A stretch of 64,000 nucleotides of DNA, from the NCBI GenBank assembly GCA_963799845.1, contig CAWCYI010000004.1, positions 544,001 through 608,000 on the forward strand, given 5' to 3'. The position numbers and the translations under genes were made by a program. This DNA comes from an uncultured Nitrososphaerota archaeon. Lineage in GTDB: Archaea > Thermoproteota > Nitrososphaeria > Nitrososphaerales > CADDZS01. The notes below the pieces were generated by a model. The model saw only the letters and a program-made list of their open reading frames with translations, was not told where the DNA came from and made no database searches. Shown here one piece after another: positions 50,203-60,690 of this stretch. Numbering within the stretch: the stretch's first letter is position 1; every line of letters starts with the position of its first letter.

Positions 50203-51662
50203 TTGGGAGCAAGAACAGGAAAAGATTACCTCCAAGCTCTGGATTCGAACACTAGAGAAATATGGATCTCCGGGGAAAAACTCTCGACCGAATTGAGAAA
50301 GCACCCTGCATTTAGAGCGATGGCAAGTTCGATGGCCCACCTCTACGACATGCAGCACGATCCCGAGCTTTCAGAAGAGATGACGTATGTCTCTCCTTCT
50401 TCTGGCGAAAAAGTAGGGATGAGCTTCTTCAACCAAAGTCCGAAGCAGATCTCCTGAGGCGGCACCGGATGATGAAAATCTGGGCGGATTATTCCGGCGG
50501 CATGCTGGGTAGAACCCCGGATTACCTGAACAGCGACCTGATGGCTATCGCCTCGGCCTCCAAATTCTTCGGGCGGAAAGATTCGAGGTTCGGGGAAAAT
50601 GTCCAGAGATATTACGAATACGTCCGGGAAAATGATCTTCTCTTGACGCACACTCTGATCCACCCGCAGGCAAACAGGGGAGTGGGACCGAGCAAACAAT
50701 CCGACCCTTTCCTGGCTGCGCGCATCGTTGATCGGAATGATGAGGGAGTTGTCATCCGCGGTGCGAGGATGCTCGCAACGCTTCCGCTGGCCGACGAGAT
50801 TCTGGTATTTCCATCAACCGTTCTCAGAGGAACGACCGAGGACGCGCCATACTCTTTTGCATTCGGCTTGCCGGTCGCGACGAAAGGAATGAAGTTCATA
50901 TGCAGGGAGTCTTTCGCCGAGGAATCGAGATTTGATCATCCTCTCGCATCGCGGTTTGACGAGCAGGATGCGGTCGTTGTCTTCGATGATGTGGTCGTTC
51001 CATGGGATCGATTATTCCTGCTTGAGGATGTTGAAGCCGCGAACACGATGCAGGAGGTCAGCGGCGGTATTGTCCACATGGCGCACCAGGTCATGATAAA
51101 GAACGTGGCAAAGACGGAGTTCATCCTCGGGGTCGTCTCGATGATCGCAGACACGATCGGAATAACTGAATTCCAGCACGTCCAGGAAAAGATCGCGAAG
51201 ATAATCATGCTGGTCGAGTCGCTGAAAGCCATGGTCCGCGCCAGCGAAGCCGATTCAGCTTTGAACCAATGGGGGATCGTGACACCCGACTTTAAGCCGC
51301 TCAACGCGGGGCGAAACCTGTTTCCGAGGCTATATCCGAATCTTAGGGCAGTGATACAGCAGTTGTCAGCCAGCGGCCTTATGGCTCTGCCGACTGAGAA
51401 GGATATGAAAAGCGAAATTCGAAAGGACATTGACATGTACTATCAGGCAAAGAATACTTCGGCTGAAGAAAGAATTCGTCTCTTTCGACTGGCGTGGGAC
51501 ATTGCGGGCAGTTCGTTCGGATCAAGGCAGGAGCTCTACGAGCGATTTTTCTTTGGAGACCCGGTGAGGATGGCTGGAAATCTCTACAACTGGTACGACA
51601 AGCAGCCATACAAGGATCGTGTGAGGCAACTCTTGCACATGGACGAAAAAGATACACGATGA
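50203..51662 (+). CDS. hpaB: 4-hydroxyphenylacetate 3-monooxygenase oxygenase subunit (~486 aa); 1-nt frameshift near 50425
   Basis: ARTG..Y...L, HPAF, GRTPDYLN, PQ.NR, GA.MLAT, HPL.SRFDE.D, FGSRQELYERFF.GDP. Confidence 0.92.
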
Positions 51663-52639
51663 AAGAACCAGTACCGGATTTTGACATCGTCCGTACAGCC
51701 CACGTAGAATTTCGCGTGACAGACCTGGAAAGGTCCCGCGAGTTTTACGTGAAAACGCTGGGACTGGTTGAAACAGAGTCAACTAGGAACCGGATTTATC
51801 TCAGGGGCCTTGAGGATCGGTGCCATCATTCTCTGCTTCTGACGGAATCAAAGGAACCTGTCGTCGATCATGTGTCTTATCGAGTGAGAAATGAATTTGA
51901 TCTCGACGGGATTGTAGAATTACTCCAAAAACTTAATCTGCCTTTCAAATGGATTAAAGCTGAATCCGAAGAGAGAGGACAGGGTAGAGCATTGCGCTTT
52001 CAAGATCCTCTTGGGTTTCCTGTTGAATTTTTTTGCGAAATGAGTGAAGCCGAGTGGCTCTGGCAAAAATTCGATAGGCACCAAGGCGCGCGGATAATGA
52101 GAATCGATCACGTTAACATGCTTGTTCCGGACGTCGAGAAAGCTTCAGACTGGTACGTTTCAAAGCTCGGCTTTCAGTGCACAGAATACACCGAAACTGA
52201 AGGCAAGGACCCAAAATTATGGGGTACCTGGCTCAAGAGAAAGCCAACGGTTCACGATGTCGCGCTCATGAATGGTACAGGCCCGAGGCTTCACCACGCA
52301 GGATTTTTTGTCGCTGACAAACATAGCATCCTCGACGCCGCAGACCTCCTTGCCGCGAAGGGCTACCGCAAGTCCATTGAGCGCGGCCCCGGAAGGCACG
52401 GAATATCGAACGCATTTTTCCTTTACCTGCGAGACCCCGATGGGCATAGAATCGAGCTTTACACTGGAGACTATTTGAGCGCCGATCCGGACTGGAAGCC
52501 GATCAAGTGGAAGCTCGGAGATCCCCAGAGGCAGACGTTTTGGGGAGCTCCCGCTCCCGAAAGCTGGTTTAACGAGGCAAGCAAAGTTGTTTCAGTCTTC
52601 AACGGCGAAAAAATGAAAACAAGAAAACCCATTCTATAG
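51659..52639 (+). CDS. hpaD: 3,4-dihydroxyphenylacetate 2,3-dioxygenase (VOC type)
   Basis: ATGA overlap with hpaB; RIDH.N, VHDVA, PRLHH, ERGPGRHG.SNAF.LY..DPDGHRIE.Y. Confidence 0.93.
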   Translation: MKEPVPDFDIVRTAHVEFRVTDLERSREFYVKTLGLVETESTRNRIYLRGLEDRCHHSLLLTESKEPVVDHVSYRVRNEFDLDGIVELLQKLNLPFKWIKAESEERGQGRALRFQDPLGFPVEFFCEMSEAEWLWQKFDRHQGARIMRIDHVNMLVPDVEKASDWYVSKLGFQCTEYTETEGKDPKLWGTWLKRKPTVHDVALMNGTGPRLHHAGFFVADKHSILDAADLLAAKGYRKSIERGPGRHGISNAFFLYLRDPDGHRIELYTGDYLSADPDWKPIKWKLGDPQRQTFWGAPAPESWFNEASKVVSVFNGEKMKTRKPIL

Positions 52640-52706
52640 TGATTCAGAGAGGAACCGGAGCGTTACATCTCTTTTTTTATAATCTCGTTTTAGAAATTCA
52701 AAGGAA

Positions 52707-53462
52707 TTGAAAAATCAGCTAAAGGAGAAACTTTACAGCGGCAAGACTTCGTTTGGAACCTGGATTACGATAAGCAGTCCTGATGTCGCTGATACCCTGA
52801 AGCAGCTCCCGTTTGATTGGTTTGTTTTGGACACAGAGCACTCTTACTTCTCGACCGAATCTGCAAGAAACATAATGCTCACTTTACTTGACTCCAAGAT
52901 TGTCCCAATCGTCAGAGTAGGCGAGATAGATCAATATCTGATAAAGAGGGCGCTTGATATTGGAGGGTATGGAATTCTCGTCCCATTTGTAAATACTCGC
53001 GAGGAGGCCGAAAGAGTCGTGAATTTTAGCAAATATCCTCCAATGGGCTCGAGAGGTGCGGGTCCTGTTAGGGCAGCGGGATATGGAAACAACCTGAAAG
53101 ACTATGTAACAACGGCGAATGACGAATTGCTCGTAGGAATACAGATTGAGACCGCCGAGGCGCTCTCCAATGCAGAATCGATTTCGTCGACCACAGGTGT
53201 GGACATTGTTTTTGTTGGACCGAGCGATTTGACATTATCCTTGGGGCTCGTGACCGATCGTGGAAACCCAAAGGTAATGGAAGCGATGCAATCAGTCGTG
53301 AAGATTTGCGATCGTCTTGGAAAGATTCCGGGAACGCTTGCTGCTTCGCCAGAAGAAGCCAAAAAGTGGCAGAAGCTGGGTTTCAGGTTCATTGCGCTTG
53401 GCTCTGATTCGAAATACCTGTTTCAGGGTGCGAAGAATTTCTTGGAACAGACGCAAGCGTAA
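52707..53462 (+). CDS. hpaI: HpcH/HpaI class II aldolase
   Basis: DW..LD.EH, LD.G..G..VP.V, YPP.G.RG, QIET, F.GP.DL. Confidence 0.85.
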   Translation: MKNQLKEKLYSGKTSFGTWITISSPDVADTLKQLPFDWFVLDTEHSYFSTESARNIMLTLLDSKIVPIVRVGEIDQYLIKRALDIGGYGILVPFVNTREEAERVVNFSKYPPMGSRGAGPVRAAGYGNNLKDYVTTANDELLVGIQIETAEALSNAESISSTTGVDIVFVGPSDLTLSLGLVTDRGNPKVMEAMQSVVKICDRLGKIPGTLAASPEEAKKWQKLGFRFIALGSDSKYLFQGAKNFLEQTQA

Positions 53463-53766
53463 GAGACGGGATTCGGACACGAATTTACCAGTAACGAAAA
53501 CAATTCCCGAGTCCTGGAGTTAGGCTTTGCTACGGGTTACCAAAGCTGTGTCAGGTCCAAGCGTTACGATCAGCAAGATTGTCGTAGGCAGAAAAGTAAG
53601 CAGTTGAATCAAAAATTCTTAGTCGCTCGGTCAAGATTCGGGCTTTTGTTCACAATCTCCTCGCGAAGCAGCGGGAGATTTCCAGTTAGACTATTGATGC
53701 TCTTTTTCGGTCCGAGATTAGTCTACTTTTGCGTTTGAAAACTTACTTGGCCTTAAGCCTAGACAC

Positions 53767-54000
53767 TCACGAACCAGATGAGGAAGGAGTTGACGAAGCA
53801 GGAGCCGGATTTTTCTTGAGCTCCTCATCAAGCCGCCGCGTCTGAATGATGGAATTACCCCAAGCATAAAACAGACCAGCAATGAATAGGGCAATAATTA
53901 CTCCCCCCGTGTAATATTGGATCGACGGAGTTTCCACAAACGCGATTATCAGTGCGAAGGAACCCAGTAGAAAAAGAATCATCGCGCCTGCAGTATTCAA
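53767..54000 (-). CDS. Small two-TM protein
   Basis: Two hydrophobic helices. Confidence 0.6.
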   Translation of the reverse strand: MNTAGAMILFLLGSFALIIAFVETPSIQYYTGGVIIALFIAGLFYAWGNSIIQTRRLDEELKKNPAPASSTPSSSGS

Positions 54001-54063
54001 CTTGGAACACGTTAAGTTCCAGAGTGTTCTTTTTTATGGCTTGTGCCGTTGTTTTTCGGAATT

Positions 54064-54618
54064 TTATTCTAGCTGGAGTTTGACGTAACGCCTGTTGAGG
54101 TAGAGCAGAGGTTGTTTTTCCTCAGCACTGACGTCGATCGCTTCTCCCATGAAAATCGTGTGATCGCCGCCCGGAATAACTTCTACAATTTTGCAATCGA
54201 CATATCCTATCGTGCCACGAATAATTGGGCTTCCACCCTTTCCAGTGTAGAAATCAAGATTCTGAAAGCGACCGGCTTCCCCCGCAAGAGAGAATTTTTC
54301 CGCAATCTCTGTCTGATCCTCGGCAAGGATGTTGACGCAGTATCTCATCGACTTTGTAAGAAGGTTTGTCGCGGAACTTTCGTTCCTGATGCAGATTAAG
54401 ACGAGGGGCGGTTCGAGGGAAACCGACGAAAAAGCAGAAACCGTCAAGCCAAAAAGTTCCCCCGAGTCAAGCGCCCCCGTGACCACAGTGACCGCGCTCG
54501 CAAAATATCGCATAACCTTTCTGATGTCTACAGCCTGCGGCGGCTTTGAGGCCGCGCCCGAGAGCACTTTGCCATCGCTTGTATTGATGGGATCTTCCGA
54601 AGTTTCCGGCATTTTCAT
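54064..54618 (-). CDS. hpaC: Flavin reductase (HpaC-like)
   Basis: F.SAVTVVT, GLT.SAFSSVSL.PPL, GDH.IF.G, PLLY; ATG at 54618 preferred. Confidence 0.85.
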   Translation of the reverse strand: MKMPETSEDPINTSDGKVLSGAASKPPQAVDIRKVMRYFASAVTVVTGALDSGELFGLTVSAFSSVSLEPPLVLICIRNESSATNLLTKSMRYCVNILAEDQTEIAEKFSLAGEAGRFQNLDFYTGKGGSPIIRGTIGYVDCKIVEVIPGGDHTIFMGEAIDVSAEEKQPLLYLNRRYVKLQLE

Positions 54619-54727
54619 TTGTACCACAAGTTGATTCCGAATTGCGAATTGAAGCGAGACGCGACTCTTCGTCAATTGAATTTTTCGTTTCATTCCAAAT
54701 ATGTATTTGGATTGTCCCCGGTATGTC

Positions 54728-54868
54728 TCAAAAGACACCAAAGACCAATATGATTGCGAAGGCGATTACAAATACAGCAATTACGACGGCGACCCATATC
54801 TTGTCGGTAAGCTTTAGCCTAGTTCCGTCCTTTCCTGTTTTGCGATCATTGTCATCGGGAGACACCAA
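54728..54868 (-). CDS. Small single-TM protein (~46 aa)
   Basis: SPDDNDRKTGKDGTRLKLTDKIWVAVVIAVFVIAFAIILVFGVF read manually. Confidence 0.45.
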   Translation of the reverse strand: MVSPDDNDRKTGKDGTRLKLTDKIWVAVVIAVFVIAFAIILVFGVF

Positions 54869-54992
54869 ACTTTGTCATCCATTGTGCATATCCAATTTCC
54901 TTTGACTCCTTTTTATGTTTGCAGATAAACGAGACCACAATTCTATGGCACTCTAACCACCTTACGCGCCCTAACCCATCCTGCCAGAATAG

Positions 54993-56091
54993 CTAGTGCC
55001 GTGTCCATAAAGGTCGTCTGTGTTTTCTGCGACCATCTCTCCTCTGAGTGTCTCTGAACATTTTGCCTCTTGCCTTCCTTTCCGAGTTTCTGTAGCTCAC
55101 CGCATCAAGGAATGCTCTTCTAACTTCATCCCAGCTCCTGTAATCTGTTCCGCTCATTGCAAGCTTCTGGATATCGCCAGTGTGGCACTCGACAGGATTC
55201 ATCCAGCTTGCATTCGTGGCAGTGGGAACGAGTGCTGTATTGGTGGAATGAGCCCATCTTCGAATGTCAGCAGTCCAGTGAGCTGGGAGACCGTCCTGTA
55301 TCATGTACACCCTTTCGCCATCAGGATAATTCGATCTTTGATTCTTCAGAAACTCTAGCCATGGCTCTCCTCCCTTGTGATCATACTGCTTGATAGCGAG
55401 CTGTTGGTGGTAGACGTTGAGGCAGACGTACTCGAATCTCACACCTCCAAACTTGTTGTATGTTGCAGGAATCCTTTTCGGATTTGTCTCCTCAAACCAT
55501 CCTCTTCCTCCGTGAGGAACGAGATTGAATGGACCCATCTCATCTAGGCTAAGTACCACGGGAGGATTCGATTTCTTTCGCGTCAATCGCTCTATGCGAA
55601 TTTTCTTTTTCTCAAATTCAGGATCTTTTGATTCCTTCCATGTCTTCACGCTCTGAAATGATATTTCTGACTCATCCAGTATTATTCGAAGCCACTCCTT
55701 GCTAATCGAATCGACAATTCCTCTCTTCTCAGCTTCACTTTTCAGACGACGCAGAGCTCCACTGCTGGAAAGGTAATCCGAGATTCTTCGGTTGGCTTGT
55801 TGCAAGAGAGACGAGCTTTGTCTTCTGTTCGGGAGTGAATTTCCTGTTTCCTCCAGGCTTCCAATGAGGCTTGAGCATCTCCAGCCCTTCCTCATTGAAA
55901 GATTTGATCAACGACCTAACATAATCCTGACTCATCATCACAATCTCTCCTATCTTTGGAGGAGTGAATCCCTGAGCGCTAGAAAGTACGACCTGAGCTC
56001 TTCTCATCTCTATTGGATCCTTGCCGTAACGTACTATCTGTCTGAGCTTGTTCCCCTCCTCATTCGTTATGCTGCGAACATGGACTACCAT
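54993..56091 (-). CDS. IS630 transposase (~365 aa); 1-nt frameshift near 55755
   Basis: RRAQVVLSSAQG HTH; SLDEMGP, IQDGL.AH, ASWMNPVE DDE motifs; stop codon supplied by the target CTAG. Confidence 0.9.
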
Positions 56092-56164
56092 GTTGCAGGA
56101 CGAGCACAAGGCGTGGCCTTAAAGCTTCATATAAAAATTAGAACAACCTATCTGGCCACGGCAC
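54996..56164 (-). mobile_element. IS630-family insertion sequence
   Basis: TIRs GTGCCGTGTCCATAAAGG / GTGCCGTGGCCAGATAGG; TA duplication within CTAG at both ends. Confidence 0.9.
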
Positions 56165-56494
56165 TAGCATCATCTGTTGTTGTGATTTAGGATGCTCATG
56201 TTAGAAGCCGCGAAAGAGTACTTATCTTGAAAATTATGTAACGTAGTTGAGAAAAAAAGGCCGTTAAAGGGTTGTTTCATATATCGGGGACAGTCCTTAA
56301 ATAAGCGCTAGTTTTGGCGCATAGCTATTCTAAAGGATGTAGCAGTCTTGTCGAATTTTCATTGCGCTACAGGAATCGTGGTTCAGTGAACATGGTCGCC
56401 CTAATAGTGCGTTATCGGCTATGAGATACAGGCATTAGAAACATGTGAGAACTTCGAACACTTTAGTGATCATAAAGGGGAATCGACGAGCAAA

Positions 56495-58060
56495 ATGAGT
56501 AAGCAAATCATTCTCATCACCGTTGCGGTATTATTGGCAATAATGATAGGCATAACCAGTCTTAATTCAGGCGTTCAGGCATTCGAGCAACAAATAATAG
56601 ATCAGCCAATTAGTGCTTCTAATCCTGCGACTCCAATCCAGCACATCATCTTTGTCATAAATGAAAATCATGCCTTCGATAATATGTTTGGAACGTTCCC
56701 TGGCCTCCCACCTCCCCCGGACAGTCTATATCTTGCTACTTGTATGCCGTACAAGACTAGCGAAACAACTCCCTGTCAGAAACCCTACAATGCTGACAAC
56801 AATGCAACAATCCAAGAAACTGACCAATGTCATACTTCCGAATGTGCTGTTCCCGCTTACGATAATGGACTAATGAATGGCTTCTATCAGGAAGATGGAA
56901 ACCGCACAATGGCATACTATGACGGAAGTGGATTGCCCCAAGTCTGGGATTTAGCATCGTACTTTGATTTGAACTATAATTTCTTTTCGAGCGCAATGTC
57001 CTATTCAGAACCCAATCACCTTTACGCTGTCGCCGCATACTCTCCAAAGACTGAGGATGTAGATAGCATTGCTCCTCTTAATCTGACCTATCCTGAAATC
57101 GGAACCGCGATGACAAATGCTGGTGTGACTTGGGGATACTTCCAGTACAATTGGAATGACTCGAAAGACTGCACTGGAAACTATAATTCACAGTCCCGAC
57201 TTTTCACTGCGGGAGGTAGTGACGGCTACTGGGAAGGGGAAGTGCAATTTAGAGCAGTTCAAAATACTGCCGTGGAATGCTCTTCACTTGGAAATATCAA
57301 AGACTTTGAGAATGGACTTGCGACCAATACACTTCCACAAGTAAGTTTTGTCATACCTGAGCCCTCCGAAAGCGGTCATCCAGGGCAAGGTACTTGGCAA
57401 GCAAACCAACAATTCATTACTTCCGTAATAAATGACATAGAGCAGAGCAGTATTTGGCCCCATTCCGTTACCTATGTAACTTGGGATGACTATGGTGGAT
57501 ATTATGATGGGGTCGTGCCTGTTCAACTGGATGAATTTGGTGACGGTTTTCGTGTTCCTCTGATAGCGATCAGTCCTTATACTATTCAGGGGTTGATTGG
57601 AGGATGCTCTGGGTCACAGACAATCGATTGTGCTCCCGTATACTCCTATGTCAATAGCTACACGAACGCTCATGGCACGACCAATCAAACTGACTTTAGT
57701 GCATTCTTGTCAACAATCGAATACAACTGGGGAGTCAAACCGGTCGCTGTGAGAGATGCTGAAGAACCCAATCTCTTTTACATGCTGAACTTCACACAAG
57801 CTCCTCTCGCTCCATTATACTTTAACTCCAATTATGCACTAGCAGCATACCCTCTACCTACTTGTGAATCTAATGGCGGATGCCAGATCGGCACTCCGTT
57901 TGCTGCCGATCCTCTAATTCTTGCGCCACACTCTGCCTTTGTAAGCGTGGGTTCGGGCGGAACTAGAATATATTCTGTCTATAATGCAGCGACTCCATCG
58001 TGGGCAGAGTCTAGCGCGCAATCAGCAGCCTACGCGGGAAACGGTGACCCCGACGACTAA
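56495..58060 (+). CDS. Secreted phosphoesterase (phospholipase C/AcpA family)
   Basis: PI.H....ENH.FDN.FG, S.PNH, LP.VSF..P, TWDD.GG.YD.V.P, G.RVP...ISP. Confidence 0.9.
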   Translation: MSKQIILITVAVLLAIMIGITSLNSGVQAFEQQIIDQPISASNPATPIQHIIFVINENHAFDNMFGTFPGLPPPPDSLYLATCMPYKTSETTPCQKPYNADNNATIQETDQCHTSECAVPAYDNGLMNGFYQEDGNRTMAYYDGSGLPQVWDLASYFDLNYNFFSSAMSYSEPNHLYAVAAYSPKTEDVDSIAPLNLTYPEIGTAMTNAGVTWGYFQYNWNDSKDCTGNYNSQSRLFTAGGSDGYWEGEVQFRAVQNTAVECSSLGNIKDFENGLATNTLPQVSFVIPEPSESGHPGQGTWQANQQFITSVINDIEQSSIWPHSVTYVTWDDYGGYYDGVVPVQLDEFGDGFRVPLIAISPYTIQGLIGGCSGSQTIDCAPVYSYVNSYTNAHGTTNQTDFSAFLSTIEYNWGVKPVAVRDAEEPNLFYMLNFTQAPLAPLYFNSNYALAAYPLPTCESNGGCQIGTPFAADPLILAPHSAFVSVGSGGTRIYSVYNAATPSWAESSAQSAAYAGNGDPDD

Positions 58061-58061
58061 A

Positions 58062-59291
58062 ATGAAATCAAAAGGCACCGTTGCAGTAATTGCCCTAATT
58101 ATAATTTCCGCTGCTACAATTATAACACTTCAAAACTATATGAGTGTGCATTCGTCCCGGTCATCATCACCTTCCCTCTCAATACTTATCTTTGCTCCGC
58201 AAACATATCCTGTTGTGGATAGTTCCTGCTTGGCCGCTTCTAATGCCTTAAACAACAATGCTTGCTTACTGTCTACGACATACGCGTCCGACCTGATTAT
58301 AGCTGAAATAGGAACGGGCAGTGGTGCGAGCGCCATTAGTTCTGTTTCTGACAAGGCAGGCTTGACGTGGTCCCTTTATGCCCACTACACTCGGACAGGT
58401 ACTAGTGCTAAATCTCTCTATGTGTACTATTCTTTTGCTTCTTCAGTTCTGAGTAGTGATAATGTTACAGTAAAGTTGACTGCTGCCGGACAAAATAATG
58501 GATTGGTAGTAATAGCAGTCAATAACTATAATCCCGCGAACCCTTTCGACCCCTTAACAAAGCCTGCAACTTCATCAGCGGCGGGGGCGACAAAAATTGG
58601 TGTATACCCTGTAAATACCGTATATTCCAACGAATTGGTATTGGGCATGTTTGCCATTTCATCTACCCCTACAGTATCGGCGGGAACAGGATTTACCGCA
58701 TTATCCCATTCGGGAAGTCCAACGGTATATGCCGAATGGCAGCAATTTTCTTCCCCCGCGAGCGATCTCAATGTTACCGCCTCCTTATCTGCATCTGAGA
58801 CATATTTGGGCACGGCATTTGGTGTTCTCTCTGCTCCCACTTCAACAACCAGTACTTCTAGCTCGCAAAGTACGAGTACGTCATCCTCTTCTACCACATC
58901 AAGTTCAACAAGCACGTCAACTTCAACATCATTGACCGTCACAAGCTCATCAACAGGCAATCTGTGTTTTGTAAATGGTTATGACAGCAACATCATCGTT
59001 ATGAACTCAATTTATTGGGAGTGCGGGGCAGCGCTGCAAGGCGGCCAATCAATAAAACAAAATATATTTCGTTCCTCAGAACTTTTTGGTTCTTTCAGCA
59101 TTACCGTAAATGCATCTCAGACAATTGCCGTGAAGATAGTTGAAAACGGACTCGTCGTCTTTTCTGAAACTGGAACGAGTATTAGTTATAGCGGGAGCGC
59201 AACACAGAACGAACCAATTTACATCACAGTCTCTAATTCTGAAAGGACCGCTACAACTTATAGGCTTGGAATTGATTGGACAGAGGTATGA
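58062..59291 (+). CDS. Secreted Ser/Thr-rich beta-domain protein
   Basis: ATG at 58062 right after the upstream stop; signal/TM segment; S/T linker. Confidence 0.75.
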   Translation: MKSKGTVAVIALIIISAATIITLQNYMSVHSSRSSSPSLSILIFAPQTYPVVDSSCLAASNALNNNACLLSTTYASDLIIAEIGTGSGASAISSVSDKAGLTWSLYAHYTRTGTSAKSLYVYYSFASSVLSSDNVTVKLTAAGQNNGLVVIAVNNYNPANPFDPLTKPATSSAAGATKIGVYPVNTVYSNELVLGMFAISSTPTVSAGTGFTALSHSGSPTVYAEWQQFSSPASDLNVTASLSASETYLGTAFGVLSAPTSTTSTSSSQSTSTSSSSTTSSSTSTSTSTSLTVTSSSTGNLCFVNGYDSNIIVMNSIYWECGAALQGGQSIKQNIFRSSELFGSFSITVNASQTIAVKIVENGLVVFSETGTSISYSGSATQNEPIYITVSNSERTATTYRLGIDWTEV

Positions 59292-59395
59292 TCCTATTCA
59301 AGCAATCCTGCAACCTCCACAAGATTATTCGAATCCAATGGGTTGACTATTCCTCTTCGGATTAGGTAACGAATCAACCGGATAGCGCAGAGACA

Positions 59396-59755
59396 TTGCA
59401 GAAAAAGGAAAAAGATAGGCTTCTCTCGCCCCCACCCAAGGAACGAGGACTGAGAAGGACCGGATTCACCGTTGCTGGATATCCCTTCGCATTTTTCGGA
59501 GTGCCTATCTTAATTCATGCAAAGAGAGTTGATCTTGTTGGAGAAAAATGGAGAGAGACGGATATCGATTGCGGAGGCCTTCTGAAACTCGCGAAACTGT
59601 GGGTAAACGACTTGCCCGGCGGGTACGAAGTTGTCCTCGGGCTACAATGCCAAGACTGCAAATACTCCGACTCCATCCGGATTCCGTATACCGGCCACAA
59701 ACAGCTATTCAACAGCACATCAAACCGAACTTGGTCACTGAAAGACAGGCCGTAG
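59396..59755 (+). CDS. Hypothetical protein with HxxC/CxxC-like Zn ligands
   Basis: H...CGG ... CQDC. Confidence 0.5.
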   Translation: MQKKEKDRLLSPPPKERGLRRTGFTVAGYPFAFFGVPILIHAKRVDLVGEKWRETDIDCGGLLKLAKLWVNDLPGGYEVVLGLQCQDCKYSDSIRIPYTGHKQLFNSTSNRTWSLKDRP

Positions 59756-59763
59756 CAGAATGC

Positions 59764-60276
59764 TCACTTTATGAAATTAATCAGATCGACTTCCAACCGG
59801 GCGGAAACGAGGAGTGTTGCCACCACGAATAGAATTGAGCACACCAGCCACTTCCACTCCCTGGATCGGAAATCTCGGTTCTTGAAGGAAATTATGATCG
59901 CCAGACTTTCTTCCACGGCCAGCGAGTAACAGGTGAACTCGATCCAAAAGATCGGAGTGAGGAGCAGTACCAGGAAGAGTTCGAATCCACCTATCCCCAC
60001 CGTCGAATTGGACTGGGCAAGCGCCGCGAGTGCGAGACCGGTGTCGTACGAGCTGTATGCGCCGAAAGCCGGACCAAATCCTGGCACAAACTCGAGCAGT
60101 GCTATCTGAACATTATTCTGGAATATTCCGACCACTGTGGCATTTATCCCCTCGACCCCCTGGCTCAGAGATTGCGCCTCCGACTGGCTCAGCTCGAAGG
60201 AAGAAGAATAGGCTAGAATCGAAGTGAGGATTATGAACACAATTATGAAGATGATCACTCGGGTGTTGGTCTTCAC
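59764..60276 (-). CDS. SpoIIM-like membrane protein
   Basis: IF.NN..IAL..FVP.FG, L.P....E...Y. Confidence 0.75.
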   Translation of the reverse strand: MKTNTRVIIFIIVFIILTSILAYSSSFELSQSEAQSLSQGVEGINATVVGIFQNNVQIALLEFVPGFGPAFGAYSSYDTGLALAALAQSNSTVGIGGFELFLVLLLTPIFWIEFTCYSLAVEESLAIIISFKNRDFRSREWKWLVCSILFVVATLLVSARLEVDLINFIK

Positions 60277-60311
60277 GAGGTATCAAATCTCACTGCGATT
60301 GGATACTGAGA

Positions 60312-60530
60312 TTACTGCTGGTTTTGATTCTTATCCTTGGCTGGCTTGCCCTTGCTATTTGCTGTGTTTTGATTATCTTGTTGCCCGGACCTTCTGAGCG
60401 CGCCCATCAAGTACAAGCCCCCGAAAAGAGCGGCGATGGCAATAAACAGATAATCAGGATTGCCCGTTCTGTAGGCGAGCCCTATCGCCACCAATCCGAT
60501 TAGCGAGAGTAAAAGTCTGGCGGGTTTCAA
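60312..60530 (-). CDS. Small two-TM protein
   Basis: Hydrophobic hairpin plus polar tail. Confidence 0.6.
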   Translation of the reverse strand: MKPARLLLSLIGLVAIGLAYRTGNPDYLFIAIAALFGGLYLMGALRRSGQQDNQNTANSKGKPAKDKNQNQQ

Positions 60531-60619
60531 GGATTTTTCCTCAATTCTTTCAGACGGTAATCTGAGAATAATAACATTGATCCTAGAAGACCGAGCGTAC
60601 TGTTCAGATTTAGCGAAAG

Positions 60620-60672
60620 TGGAAAAAGGAGAGGGAAAGAGAGTAGAGGAAAGGGAGACTCTCTACTCTCTT
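60620..60672 (-). terminator. Hairpin plus pyrimidine tract after the large repeat-protein gene
   Basis: AAGAGAGTAGAG (60637-60648) / CTCTACTCTCTT (60661-60672); U/C-rich on the minus strand. Confidence 0.5.
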
Positions 60673-60690
60673 ATGTGAAACTCTAGGTTA

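Noticed and set aside
55735-55895. Programmed ribosomal frameshift in the IS630 transposase
   Set aside because: The junction needs a +1 shift, lacks a slippery heptamer and sits on AGCT like the other indels.
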